A DNA stretch of 64,000 bases, taken from assembly GCF_009914755.1 (NCBI RefSeq), contig NC_060933.1; one strand, 5' to 3'. Positions 27,129 through 41,600 of this stretch are shown here, piece by piece. The notes under the pieces were generated by a model. That model worked only from the letters and a program-made list of their open reading frames with translations, had not been told where the DNA came from and did not search any database. Made by a program: the position numbers and the translations under genes. Within the stretch, counting starts at the first letter, position 1; every line of letters starts with the position of its first letter. This stretch comes from the human T2T-CHM13v2.0 reference genome, Homo sapiens.

Positions 27129-30100
27129 GTAGGCCAGCTGTTGGACAGCTTATCACTTACAGAAAAGCCTCCCAGGTTATTTTTGCATACAGCATTGAAT
27201 CCTGGTGTTAGAGGAGAATACAATCGGTGTCTAACTCCATATTTACTTTTGCAAAGTGGATGCCTGTATATAGTTTCCTTTTCTTTCATATCTTAAATGT
27301 CAGTCATCAAAGGTGTCTCTCTGTTTTGCAAAGCACTTCTTCATCAAATAATGGGAGTCTGTGTTCTGGTTAGCAGATTTATTTGAGGACTATATTTTTA
27401 TATTTTGTGACGCCAGGATCTAATATTAAAACATTAATAATTACATTACCACATGATAAGTATGAAATAAATTAACATAAGGCCTTTCCGAGAGACCGAG
27501 TTTATTTTGTTGTCACTACTAAATATATTTAAAATGTAACTTATAGCTACTTTTAAAAATAATACCTTATCAAATCCAATAGTTTATCGAGATGAAACGC
27601 ATGTTTTAGGAAGGTCGAGTTAAAATATGATCTTCATTTTGTAACTTGTTTTATAGGGCCATGGCACATCAGAATTATTTTTTTTGATGTGTGAAGGGTT
27701 GTCATATCTTTTATCAAATTAGAGCATTCTCACTGTAAACTTGACAGGTTAAGATGAGTCGATACAGTAGAAATCGTTTTTGAGTTTAAAAACTGAATCA
27801 CGACATCCGATTCATCTGGGGACCATGTGTCTTGGAAATCTGTCACTTCAGATTTCCAGCCTACAAGCAGTTACAATAAGGCTACTTTATCCTGGGGACA
27901 TGTGCCTAAGACAATATTATGCTGCCAACCATACCATTGTCCTATTCACAAGTGCCGGTATAGACTCAGTTTTTGAACAAGTTTCATATATTGTACCAAT
28001 AGATCTGTCCTGAATTATTAAACCTTTGGGTGCTGACAGACACCGGACCCCTCTGCAAATGCTAAAACCGTCTTGCTTCTGTCACACAAAGACAACTCTC
28101 CAGGGCTCCATCGTCCTGCCATGGGATGACTGTTAAATTCCTGTGCCTGACTAGGTGAATCAATATGGAAAAGATATTATAAAAATATTGTTTCCTCCTT
28201 TGTCAGGTAGGTTTAAAAATCTAATTTTTATTCCCTTCCTTTCTAAATTTTCCAAGTATGACTCACATGTCCAGACTCACTAAGGAAGGAAATGCATCCT
28301 ACATTTTCCAAGCAGGGAGGAAAGTCAAGGTGGCCCGAGGAACGTCTACTGACACAGAAGTAAAGGGAGCAGCTTCTGTGGGTTCTGAGCTTTCATTTCC
28401 TGGAGTTCAATTTGCTGTTATGGCAGAAAATGGCTAACACGGCTATGGGAGTAATGAGAAACCACTGTTCTATCAGTGGCTTTTACACAAAGTGTCATAA
28501 ATCCTTCAGGCCTCATGGGTACCATTCACGCAGACATATGCTGCACGTCGATTGTGTTCTTTCAGAGTTAAGACAACAGATTGGTCTAGAAATTTGTTTT
28601 TATTGTCAGAAAAGCTGTTATAATGGCTGTCCTGCTTGGTTTCACTACTGATTTTGCAACTATGTTAGTCCACTATTGTTCATATTGAAATTCTTAAATA
28701 TCTAACATGTTTTTCCAGTTCTCTCGTGGGCAGATCCATTATCAAAATCTCTGCACTGTCTTTTTCTGTTTATTAATTCTTCAGACAGTGGTCAAGCTTG
28801 CTTCTGGCTAATTTGAAGAGAATATTGAGTTTTTTGAGCATACAAAGATATTCACACACTTTCCAAAGTTCCAGAAGCAAACTGACCATTATTCTATTAT
28901 TCACCTTCACGTCAATGCTTGGCACAAATATTCTTTTCCTAACCCTAGGAGGCTGATGAGGGAGGGGGATGTCATGTAGAGGGAGGTGTGGGGCAGGTGT
29001 AATGTAAAATTAGTAGGCTGACTCTGCACAAAGGTCCTCACACACAATCGTTCCATTATTTTATGAAGCATGAGGATATAATGCCTGAGCTTAACCATTT
29101 TCTACAGAAACAATTAAAAATGTACGGGGATGTTTTATTCAATTCCATTGGCTTGTGACTGGAGATATTGAATTACTCCTTTAGGAATCGCTGAGTAGTG
29201 GAGGTTATTTACGCAGATGTTGTTAACATCAACATTTATAGATAAAATCCATTTTGCTATGATTTGGTTGAATGATTAGTAACCTTTATTTACGCACTTA
29301 TTTTTTGAAATACACATGATAGTTTCTGTGCTAATATTTTTAAATGATGAAAGCACAGAATATCTTTATCATAGCAGGATATTGAGAAATGGCAGAGAAC
29401 ACACAGTGAGAGAGAAAATGAGTTTTGGACATTGCTCCAACACTGCTTCACTGGGTACTCTCCCGCCAGGTTTATCACCTTTTTTTCTTCACTTTCTCAG
29501 TTGATCAGATGTGAATAATTTACCTGACATGTACATGTCGCTGATGTAATAAGGAGAGTTAAATAAAAGAAGCTTTCATTTTCTTTGATCTTCCAGGAAG
29601 AAAAGAATTTTATAAGGCTAAAGTGTTACAATGATTTTTACTGACAGATGATGGGATCATGCCTGGGTAAGGGACTTAGTGAGCCGAGCTGATTAGTAAT
29701 GCATGAGTAAAGATAGGATGAGCATTAACATTCGGATATTATTATGCCAGGACTTATTTTTCTAGCTTATGGCTCTTGAGTTATTTGTTTAAAATGTCTT
29801 TGTGATACTTATTTTGAAATTTTGAAATTTATTTATAGATGTATACACAAATAATAAGCATATACATACAAACAATGTGCACGTATATAGGTACAAATAT
29901 ATGTGGTTTTAGGCAAGTCTCGATTTTGAATTACGTGCAAAATTATATTTTAGAATTGATCAGGTTATGCAGCAATGAAACAACCTCAAAATCGTAGCAG
30001 CTCATAAAAGGAACATGTTCAATGTGGGGTGGAAGAAGAGCTTTGCTCTTAGAACTTACCTTCACTTTAGAGACCCAGACTGATGGAATAGGATCCATCT

Positions 30101-31736
30101 GAAACATTGCTATCACACTAGCAGAGAATGAAGAGAAGGAAAACCACACAGGACTTTTAAAGTTTCTACCCAGCAGTAAGGACCTAATTTCTATTCATAC
30201 TTTATTGGCCAAAACAAGTGATGTCACCACCTGATTTTTAGGAAGACTCAAAGTGTATTACATCAACATGTATTGGTATTGGGGAGTATAATCTAGTGCT
30301 TTGCAATTCTAACCCATTAGCTGGGACTATCACTTGCTTACTTGCTCACTTTTTTGGCGTTCCCTCTCTCTTGCTGTCCTGTAACAAAAGTATACTGTAT
30401 TGTTTTAAAATCTGTCTTCTCATTAGAAAAAAATAGTTTAACTTCCTACAAAGTCTTTGTTCAATTCATTATGGTAAAATATCATTCGTATCTATTGTCC
30501 GAAATCTTGTCAACAAGACAGCCCAAATTGTGACAATATTCCACTTTTCAAATAAATGAGTTAACTTTGGGTTGGCAAAAGTTCAATTATAGTGGAAACT
30601 AATTTCTTCATCTAAATTAAAAATGTCTCTATAATGAACCAAATTTACGTTGGATTGGCTAAACAACTATTCAGGGAGTACAAAATGCTAAACCTAGCTA
30701 TAAATGTTGAGGGCTTCATTATAGATAGGACAGTTTAAAAGACAGGGCTCCCCTTACATTTTTAAAATAAGTGCACATATATCTTCTTTTTGATTTTGAA
30801 ATAATAAATTGCTATTTATATTGATTTATGGTGCTAATGAATTTTCTCATCCAAGAAGAGTGAAACTTATTTTGTTGAAATAATCAACTAAGCCATCAAG
30901 TAAAAGTGACCACACCTAAGTTGTTCCCACCTAAAAGTAGTATTTTAAAATGCTTATAAAAACTCAGATGCACAAAGCAGAGAATTCCCAAGACAAGCTA
31001 AAGTAAGAAAGTAAACAGATAAACTAAATTTAAATAAATGTGTGGAATTTTCATCTCAAAAACCTATAAGCTAGTTATAAATTTTCAATAAAACCCTATT
31101 TTAGGAGGCACAAACACATCATTGCAATTGGCTTTAAAACACCATATCACCTACAAAGAGAAAATGATCAACATCAGAAAGAGAAAATTTATTTTAATTT
31201 TTTTCTTTCATTAAGCAAAAAACTTTTTTCATTTGTACAGTCGTGGCCCACTGCAACCTTGACCTCCTGTCATTAAGCAAAAACTAATTATTCATGACAG
31301 AAGTGATTAATGCAAATGTACAGTTTTTTTGAGTAGAAGAAGTGACTTTAAGGGTTAATTATTTTTAACAAGTTATATTTATAGGTGTATTAGTCAATGA
31401 TATAAGTGTTGGGGAAAGTTTATTTTAGAATTAGAAGAAAGAAGTAAAACAATTGTAAATATTGTTTACTCTGTTGTAGTTTAAATTCACTAATGATAGT
31501 AGGTATAGTTAGTTACAGCATCCTTTCTATGAAATAATTATGATATGCAATTCCTACAATAATGGGGAAAGTGGCAAAATGTGTTTAGAAGTTGGAAATA
31601 GATAAGTGCAGTTTCTTTATGAAAAGGGTTTGTCTGGTTGAAAGTGGCAGTGTATTTTCTGCCTTTGGAAAAGAAGCATGATGTCAAATAAACAGGTGCA
31701 GTGTGACTTTGTTATGGAGTAAAGACTCAAAACTGA

Positions 31737-32018
<282 letters not shown>

Positions 32019-32129
32019 TGACTCAGGCATCGTGTTCTTTCGGGGGTGGAGGTGGGAATGGTCATTCATTGTATAAGCTATTTTTTCCCCCCAAACAATG
32101 ACATTTTTGGTTGGTGGAAATGAGATCCC

Positions 32130-32439
<310 letters not shown>

Positions 32440-33431
32440 GAAATGAGATCCTTTGGGTATTCAGGTTCAATAGGTGACATGGAGATTCTTAGGCAAGTTC
32501 TGTCTATTTCCTCATTTGGGAATCATAAAAGAGAAAATACTTTATACTTTTCCAGGCTCTGCCTGGGTAAAATATGTATGGTGAATCTGAGCTGTTTCCA
32601 TGTTAGAGGATAGCTAAGAGCAAGGTCTGATGACAGTGGTCTGGATGTGAGTTTGCCTGACTCTGGGCCGTCACATCCAGACGTGGTCAGCTATCACTAC
32701 TTCTCTTGTGCATTACTACCTTAAAAAGAGAGAGAGAGAGACAGACAGAGAGAGAGAGAATACCCCACACTTTACCTAGGAAAGAGAATTATTACTAAAT
32801 ACTAATGAGCATAAGGAGGGCCACCCAATTTGTTATCCAAAATATCACATGCTAGTGAAAAAAATTAAGGCTGTTCCACATATATATTCTCTCCTAATTA
32901 TCATTCAAGTCAGGAATCGAGAGTCACAACGGCTCCTTGATCCAATTTAGAGATACACATTTCTACAGTTCTCTATGACAGAGCTCTCTTCTCTCTATGA
33001 CACATATCAGAAACCTAAGTCCCTGGGATCTGGAGGATGAAGTTTCTTTCCCTAAAGGGCCTTAGAAATGAATCTACTACAAGTTCTCCCAAGAATCTCT
33101 GCATGTTGATTCACTGGCCAGCATGCACTTGAGCTGTTTCTCCTTTTCAGTGAAGGAAATGAGACTGTAAAAAGCCATGTGAATGATATGCATGATGCTG
33201 TAATGCCCACATATAATTCCTCCATTATGTTGTCAGACCCAAGTTATTTAATTAAAGTCAAAAGGTTCATTGCTGACAGACTAAGTATATAAGAGACATT
33301 TTCACTCTTAACAGTAGTCTGAGTTATTGCTTTGCTGGAAAACAAGAAAATGTTAAGCCAGCTGATCGAGTTAAACTAGCTGGACCTCTGTCTACTCAGA
33401 GAACTGATGTTGAGAAGCTCTGTTAATTCCG

Positions 33432-33432
<1 letters not shown>

Positions 33433-33479
<47 letters not shown>
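33433..33479. repeat. (TG)n microsatellite, about 23 units
   Basis: Read directly. Confidence 0.97.
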
Positions 33480-33481
<2 letters not shown>

Positions 33482-33923
33482 CCAAGTGGGCTGAAATAAA
33501 TAATGCAGACAGTGACATCTGGAGACTAAATATGAAATTACAGTCTTGATGAGACATTCGTCTCAATAAATTCCGAACCAATCTCAGAGTACAAAGTTCA
33601 AGGAATATGCCATTCAAAGGCTTTAGTTAATTGCAAATTATTCACACTACTTATTATCCAGGATAAGTTTAGGTGTGCATTAAGCTATTAATTGGAAGTT
33701 GATCCTTCTCAGTAAAACATAGCAAAGGACCCTAGCTGCCTGTAAGGGAAACCACACAATGTAAACATGGATCTCCACAGATGCATTCAGATTTACAATA
33801 CGTCTTAGACATGAACAATAGTTGCACAATTTCAGCTTCTTAAGCCCTAACTCTTCTGGCTTTCCTAATTGGCAAACTTAGGCAAAATTATGGCATGTAA
33901 ATCACTATTTTGAAATCAGGGAA

Positions 33924-34031
33924 ATTTATTTTTTATTTTTAAAATTATTTATTTGTTTTTTAATTTCCATAGGTTATTGGGGAACAAGTAGTGTTTGGTT
34001 ACTTGAGTCAGTTCTTTAGGGTGATTTGTGA
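33924..34031 (-). mobile_element. Extremely 5'-truncated L1 (L1PB-like 3' end plus tail)
   Basis: T-rich tail, then ttccataggttattggggaaca...gttcttta.ggtgatttgtga; TSD GAAATCAGGGAA at 33912-33923 and 34032-34043. Confidence 0.8.
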
Positions 34032-34909
34032 GAAATCAGGGAATTTAAAATATTTTCAATGGAGTACTGGGAAGGGTTATCTCTATGCTATTTAGATTTT
34101 TTTTTTCATGTCAGTTTCCTCACTTTAGAGCCAAAGGATGTTTGCATTGTTTATTTGTCTGGACTTAAAAGTTTGAAAGGATTGTCCTGCTCTAGAAATG
34201 AGGTGAGAATGCTTGTATGCTTGTACTAGTGGGTGCCTCATAGCTTGTCATCTTTATGAACCCCAAGTTTTAGGTGATTTGCTTAACCTTCCTGGTGAAG
34301 GTTGTCTGACTCTATCTAGATCCTGGGCAAGCAGGAATTTAGGAAATATAAATTTGAACTAGGTTACTGGAGGTATCACAGTGATGGCTAGTTGCTCTCC
34401 AGTGTAGGGAAGTTTTCAGGTAAGATGGCTATAGTATATTTATCCATTCAGTAAAGCAATTTGATGAGATATTCTAGCTTGTCTGGTTTTATAAGACCTG
34501 GCTAGAGAGGGTAAATTTTCCAAGAAATTATTCCAATAGGCTAGTAAGTGGATTTATCGTAAATAGTTGACAATTTAAAGATGTCCAGATGAAGGCAATT
34601 CTAATTGTTCTATAGCATTTCCTGACACCTGATGTTTCCTCCCATCTATGTCAATAATTCTGAACAATTTATAGTTCTCTAGGTTTTTATATACATCCCT
34701 GCTTACATTATGACAATTTTATTTTTCATATATTTTCATCTTACTGCAAAGATAATATGTGTTTATGCTAGAAAACCTAAACATTGTAGAAATATTTTTA
34801 CATGAAAAGAAACATGGCCCATAATCTTGAAAACCTGAAATAACAACTTTTTAGCATTTTATATTCTGTTTTGCCTTTCATGCATGATTTTTCATAACTG
34901 AGCTTGTAC

Positions 34910-35869
34910 TGACACAGGATGTTTCTCAGCCTCTTCACTGGACTCACAGAGGGGCACCCTGTCTACTCGGCCTGCTGTGCTTAACCCCTTGTGGGAGGAA
35001 GCACGTGGGCAAGTGAGTGCGGGATCTGGCGAGACACACTGGGCACTGACACAGGAGCAAGCTCCATGTGGGGACCGTGGCCAGACCAGGTGTGTCACCT
35101 TGAGGAGAATGCAATGGTGCCCAAGTGCCTATGACCCTAAAGCCCCAGAGGGGGTGTTACAATGCTTCCTGAGTTCCACCATCCTCAGCCTGATGGATGG
35201 CAGTGTCTTAGCAGCTCAGTTGGCCCCTTGCCTCATCATGTGGGGCAGCTGCCCTCCACTGGAGAGGGCAAAGGGCCAGTGTGACAGTCTTTCCTGGGTT
35301 CCCACAATCGGTGGGTCCCAAGCTCTTGTCCAGCATCCAAGAAGAATGAGGTCACATGGATTATTGAAGGATGGTGAAGGAGGAGAATTTTATTGAGTAA
35401 TGAAATTGGCTCTCAGCAGAGAGGGCAGTTGGAGAGGGGCCAGGAAGGGCAGGTCATCTTCCCCAAAGTCAGGTTGTCTCTTCTCCAAAGTCAGGCCGAC
35501 TCTTCCCCAAAGTCAGGCCGTCTCTCCCCTCTACCAACTGAGTCTGTGGTCTTTATAGGCACAGGATGGAAGTGTGTGCTGACTGGTTTGTGAGTATGCA
35601 AAAAAGGCTAAAGTGAAGGTGTCACTCAAAGGTAGACACGACAGTATAGAAACCCAACTAGGAAAGGGTAGGTATATGTAAAATAGGTGAAGGGTGGGGA
35701 TGAATCAGAGGAAAGTGCGCCAAACAGGAAGACAAGTTCTCAATCCGGTCTGAGGATTTAACTTGGACCTTGGCTTTCAGGCTTTAAACTGTCTTTGGCT
35801 TGGAGGTGGCATTTCACCAGGTACCTGCCCCTATCTGCCTAGGCATTTGGCTGCCTCCTGTTGCTATCA
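34910..35869 (-). mobile_element. ERV1 solo LTR (LTR28/LTR27/MER52-like)
   Basis: TG...CA termini, 4-bp TSD gtac/gtat; the minus strand begins tgatagcaacaggaggcagccaaatgcctaggcagataggggc. Confidence 0.82.
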
Positions 35870-37786
35870 GTATACTAGGTGCAGGTTTTTTAGTATTAAA
35901 AGTTAAAATTATATTGTGAGACTGCTATTATATTGGTCATTTGCAATCATGCTTTATGCATCTATTTTTCTTAATAGTTTAGCTGACTTCTAGAGATTGG
36001 GGATAGAGAAGTTTCCTCTCTGTGGATCTAGGACACAGTAAAGTGCTGGTCAATAATTTGAATGAATGAATGAATAATGACTGCTTATTGTGCACTAAGC
36101 ACTAGAAGAGACACAGGGTTAAGTCCATGCATTAAGCATTGATTCTGGTCCTGTGGCACTTATCACCCAGCTGGGAAGACAGGCCTCCTCATAAACTGTT
36201 CTAATCTAGAGTGGCGCTATGCCTACAGCAGGACTATGGATAGACACAGACAACTGGAAAACAATTCTGAGAATATTGTATGATAGCATACTTTGGCTAA
36301 CCTGGCAGGAGAAGGCATTGCCAGGGACATGTAGATGCGTCCATAATTTGTACGTAATTAAGATATCTGGACTCCTTTCTTTGGTAAAAGACCTGACCTG
36401 AAAAAGGTACACAGGAATCCCCAGGGACTTAGCAACTTTGCTTTGGGTCACACTGGATGCTGAGAAGGCCTTTGTGTGTAGGGATAATTTCATAAAATTT
36501 GAATGCCCCCACTCTAACTACGTTCATCAGCTATGACCTGAGGTGCTGGAGAAGGGAGGATAGATGGTCTTATCTTTTTTGGTACTTTTAATTTATCTGC
36601 TTATCCTGTATTCCATCTGGCTGGGGCTGCATTGGGGGGTATGAACAATTTGGAATGGTGAAAAATAAAACATATTGGAATAGGGAGTTATAATCTTATA
36701 TTGCTTGTAAGCTTCATTCCCTCTTATGTATCATAAGTCTTGAAAATTAGAGTGTAGATCTTTAATTTGTGAAGCAAAACTTGTACCTCTGTAGTCCAAT
36801 GACTACTGACAAAATATATGGAGTCACTATGTCTGCTGGAAGATAGTATTGGTTAGACCAGGAGAAAAAAACCATAATCTGGGACTTGCGTGTCATTGTT
36901 ATTTAGTAGTTGAAAATGCTTAAAGATTAAAATACAAAAGCAAAACTAAACATTGTATTAAATGTTGCACCAACATTTATTCTGATGATGCATACAATTT
37001 GGTGAAACCCAACCCAAATCTCTTCTGAAAATTACATCTTTTCGTAGTACAATCAGTATGCATATACAGAGAAAATAATGATGTAATGAATATTTTGAAT
37101 ATTATGGTACAATTCTAGCTATTCCTTAGTAAGTCAAGACATCCTGTTCTCAGTTTTCTAGTTTATAGGAGCTGATACTTGCCTTCATGGAGCTTAGCAG
37201 TGGAGCTAAGCTGGTATTCATTAGGGCCTGTCCAGGAGAAGAAACTGAGAGGGAAAAAACCCATGATTCGGTGTGGTTACCTTACCTATTAACATATCTG
37301 ATGAAGGAAGTCTGGTGGAAAATGAGGTGGAAGCTATTGCGTGGAAAGAGATATTGGATTATATGTGGATTTTATTCCACTGGGCTATTCCTTGCTCTCA
37401 TTTCCAAGGCTAATTAAAAATACTTAGCTCAAAGAGAGTGTTCTCCTACAAGAGCAGCTGACTGAGAGGCAGACTTATGAGCTATTTACAAAATATATTT
37501 CAATCAAAATCTTAGAAATACAGTTTTTAAAAATCTTCTCCTAAATATGTGGTTAATTTTCTAACTGCTTTGACTATATGTTTATACTGGGATCATATTT
37601 CTCGTATCTTACCCATATATTGACTACATGAGGTCAAAGTGTCAGCAAGTTGTAGCTAAACATCAGATTCCTACCCTGAAAGAGGACCTAAGCAGTAATT
37701 GAGAAAGATTTCCAGTTTTCTTGCTTTAACCATGGTTTTTCCATATGTTCTTAATAAACTTATCTCCCCCTTTTTAATTCCCCCAG

Positions 37787-37912
37787 TGGCAAAAATAGAA
37801 TGTTTGAAGTCATTGGAGAGACCCTGGAGCACGATTTCCCAAGCTGGATGGCGAAGATCTTGAGACAGCTTTCAAACCCTGGGCTGGTCATTGCTGTCAT
37901 TTTGGTGATGGT
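37787..37912 (+). CDS. TMC1: TMC1 coding exon (21), (S)[20 protein letters not shown]...VILVM(V)
   Basis: Acceptor ttcccccag|T, donor GT|gtatgt, 126 nt, phase 2-2. Confidence 0.96.
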
Positions 37913-39748
37913 GTATGTGCTTTTCCTCCTCATAGAAAGAGCCTCTGTGATGTTCTTCCTGGCTGTTTTTACATTTCAGCTTTTTCAGCTCTCTCACTCT
38001 CCCTAAGGGTTCTGCTGTAACCTATCCAAATTCAACACTGATTACATGGTGGTGAGAGGCTAAAATTCATGAGCCATATTCTGATCCTATTGGATGTAAT
38101 TCACAGGCATCTGCATCTGTCTTTGCTTCCCCAGGATTATAAGATTTGTTCCCAAGTAACCACAATAATTATCCATAAACAGCTAAAGCAAGGGAAACAT
38201 AAATGCTAAATGCTAAATCTAATCAGTACATTGAGCTTCCCCCCAACAACCCGGCCTCCACCTCTCGTTCCATAAAGCAGATGGCAATGAATATACAGAA
38301 ATAATGATCCTCTAAGTTAATATTCCCCTTGGGGGCCCTATAGACTATATTTTAGGGGCAAGGGCTTCAAGGGTCTTAAAAATTTCACTGTCCTTGTTGT
38401 TAGAGGGCCGCCAATAACTGTGTGTTCACGATAATAGAATCAGAGGACCAGAGGATCTTGGGAAGTTCCTGTAGTCTGTCCCTTCAAAGTCAGAAGTGAT
38501 TTCCAAAGGGGAACTTGTCAGATGACTTTTGTTTTCACATAACTTTCATTGGCTTCTGACTCTTGGCCATCACAGATAAACTTAGATTCTAAGTAAAAGT
38601 ACAGATTTGCTGTGGAAGAGCCAAAAGCAGCGTCCATCTCTTCCTTTCAGTCCCTGAGTGCCTCCTACATAGAATGTCTGGAGCTGCCACGACTCTCAGT
38701 CAGTGGGTAAATATTAAACAGCCCCAGGGACACTTTAAGAACAAAGTTGATGCAAAGGATTTGGTTCATTTAAATAAAGGTAAAACAAGGAAATCTCAGG
38801 GAGAAAACTCCCAGTGGTTTGCAGTAAATGAGCAGGGATTGTGACCCAGTTATTGTCGTGATCACAAGCCACATAAAGTAGTGAGGGCAGGTTTATCTTC
38901 TTCAATTTTATAACCTAAGAAATTGATTTACACAAAGAAAGTGATTTTCCCTAGACAAGAGAGAGAGTAAAATGGTCATAGAAGGACCTGAAGCAGATCC
39001 TTTCACAGTAAATCCAGTGCTCACTTCTTTATACTGCGAGGCTTTCTGTGAGGGAGAGCTAATAACCTGTAGGGATAATTAAACAGTAAATCAGATTACC
39101 ATTATATATTACATAACCTTGATAATGGGGTGCTATTAAGAATCTGATAGTAAATCTCTGGCACAGATGCATTAGAAAATGACCTACTGAATGCAGCATG
39201 TTTCACCAGATGGCCTTTGAAACAATTTTCTTTCTCTACATGTCCATGATACAGTGGCTTCTGAGAGCATGTTAATCAGTATCCTGTGGCCTTTGAGAGT
39301 CAAGGCCCTTTAGTGGTATGAATGAGGTGTTGTTTAAAACACACACACACACACACACACAATGTAAATGTCAGATTTCGTTACCATATTCTTACTTGAT
39401 TAGGAGACATGTTTATTTTTAAGTGAAGGAGTGGCATTGTTCAAATGCCTTAATCCAAAGATTTAGTAATCAGTCCTAAGAGGGTTTAAAAGGAATTCAC
39501 ACTGCCTTTGTTTCAGGTACTATTTACACACTGACTCATTTAATTCCCATAACAGCTTTGAGAAGCTGGCTTCATTAATCATACTATCAATAACACATTG
39601 AAATTCTGCCCCAAGTCAAGTGACTAAGTGGAACTGAAACTCATGTCTTCTCCTTATTTCCTACACTCACTTGCAGCACCAAACAGGGATCAGAATCAGT
39701 GGGAATTTCAGATGGGCTGAAAGCCACTTGTCCGAGGTGGTATAGACC

Positions 39749-39930
39749 CAGGGTCAGCACACTTTTCCTAATTCGAGGGCCAGAGGCAAATTAGGCCAAG
39801 AGGCAAAATTGAGGCTCTTAATTAAGTAATTACTAATAATAACCGTTTAAAAGACAGAAAAACCATTCTTAATTCATGGGCCATACAAAACAGTCTGGCA
39901 GTCATCTTCATCCTGCAGGACCTAGTTTGC
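39749..39930. mobile_element. MER58-like hAT fragment
   Basis: cagggtcagcacactttt...aaaccattctta..tcatgggccatacaaaa...tagtttgc. Confidence 0.55.
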
Positions 39931-41368
39931 TTTGATCTGGACAGCCTGGAGGAAAGCTGGCCCCATGCAAATGTCAAATAGATGTACTGAAAGGTTGATT
40001 GTGGCTCTGAGGTTCTGATTTAAAACCCAGATTTTAGCTTATTACTGAGTATATTTTTTCAAATTCTGAGATCTCATCTTCTATTTTTGGGGCCCATACA
40101 ATTGGCTTAGCTTTTTATTACCTTTAATTAGAGAATTGTACTAGTATGTTGAATTTCCCCCAATGGATTATATTAAATCAACCTGGATGGCTTTCGGGTA
40201 TCTAAGCAGAGTTCAGGTTAGTTCTCTGCAGGCAGTTTCATTCCTTTGGAGACTAGAAAAAGATTTGTGAGGAATACTTATTTAACGTGCATTACAAGGT
40301 AGAAAATCATGGTGGATAAATAGAGAATTCCAGAACTTGAAAGGACTTGTGAAATCTTTGAGTTCATCTTCCAAATCCAGGAACTTTTCTAAGAAAATCC
40401 TTATAATACACACCACACACAAACACACACACACACAAACATTTATTGAGCACCTATTTCATGCCAGATATTGCCCTGCATGCATTTATGTATGTAATTT
40501 TAGTAAAACTCCCATCACTCATGTAAGAGATAAACAAACTCAGCCAAACCGTATCAATAATTGTGTTGCTAGCACCAGATGGTTCATAAAGGATACTGTC
40601 TTTCATTTTGGGGAGTAGAGGAAATGTGTTCAATATCCAGTTATTTGCAGCAAAGAGTAATATAAGTTACCTTTTTTACTGCATTTCTTCTTTGTTTGTT
40701 TGTTCGTTTTGCCTTAAGTGAAGATAAGCATATTTATTTTTACAGAATTGTCTGGCTAGAATTTGCCCTTTCTAGAATGTAAATGTCATTTAAAATCCAA
40801 TAATATTCCTTTATACAACGTTTTCTTTTTGAGGGAGAAAGAAATGCAAACAATACATTCTACGGAAAAAATTCCATGTTCATTATCTATGCCTATGAGG
40901 ATTACATTCTTAGCTGCAAAGGCCAAAGGACGAAATTTAAGGCAGAAAGTCGTTTTCCTTTTTGTTCGGCATGTTCCCTAAGCTGCAGTAGGTTTTCCAT
41001 TCTCTGGGATGCCATTGCCATCCATTTAAAATGCTACTTTCAATTATAATTTAAACTTATGTGAATACATTTCCAGGAAAAAGCTAATATTAGGCAGTGT
41101 GAAATAGCAGACAGAACAGGCTGTGGATCAGGAGCCTTGGGCCCCAACTTTCCAACTTCACCCCAGCTTCATCCCTATGTCATCCTGAATGTATCTCTTT
41201 ACCTCTCTGGACCTCAGCTTTTATCTATAAGACAAGAGATTTAGAGTAGAAGATAGCTTAATGTTCATTCCCATGCTGATATTTCATAATTTACTTAATG
41301 TAAATTTAAGAAGTATCTTGGGGAACTGAAATATACCTTACACTGTATTTTTTTTCTTTTTAATTTAG

Positions 41369-41447
41369 TTTGGCCATCTATTATCTCAATGCTACTGCCA
41401 AGGGCCAGAAGGCAGCGAATCTGGATCTCAAAAAGAAGATGAAAATG
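41369..41447 (+). CDS. TMC1: TMC1 coding exon (22), (V)LAIYYLNATAKGQKAANLDLKKKMKM
   Basis: T-rich tract then atttag|T, donor ATG|gtatga, 79 nt. Confidence 0.95.
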
Positions 41448-41548
41448 GTATGATACAATTTATTTCATAGAAATATTATCTTTATTAATGTCAAGCAGTA
41501 GAAAACACTGAGAAATCTACTTTTTTCCCCTTATTTTTTATTGTGTAG

Positions 41549-41600
41549 CAAGCTTTGGAGAACAAAATGCGAAACAAGAAAATGGCAGCTGCACGAGCAG
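41549..41600 (+). CDS. TMC1: TMC1 coding exon (23), QALENKMRNKKMAAARA(A)
   Basis: Acceptor ttgtgtag|CAA, donor CAG|gttgga, 52 nt; the preceding intron is only 101 nt. Confidence 0.95.
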
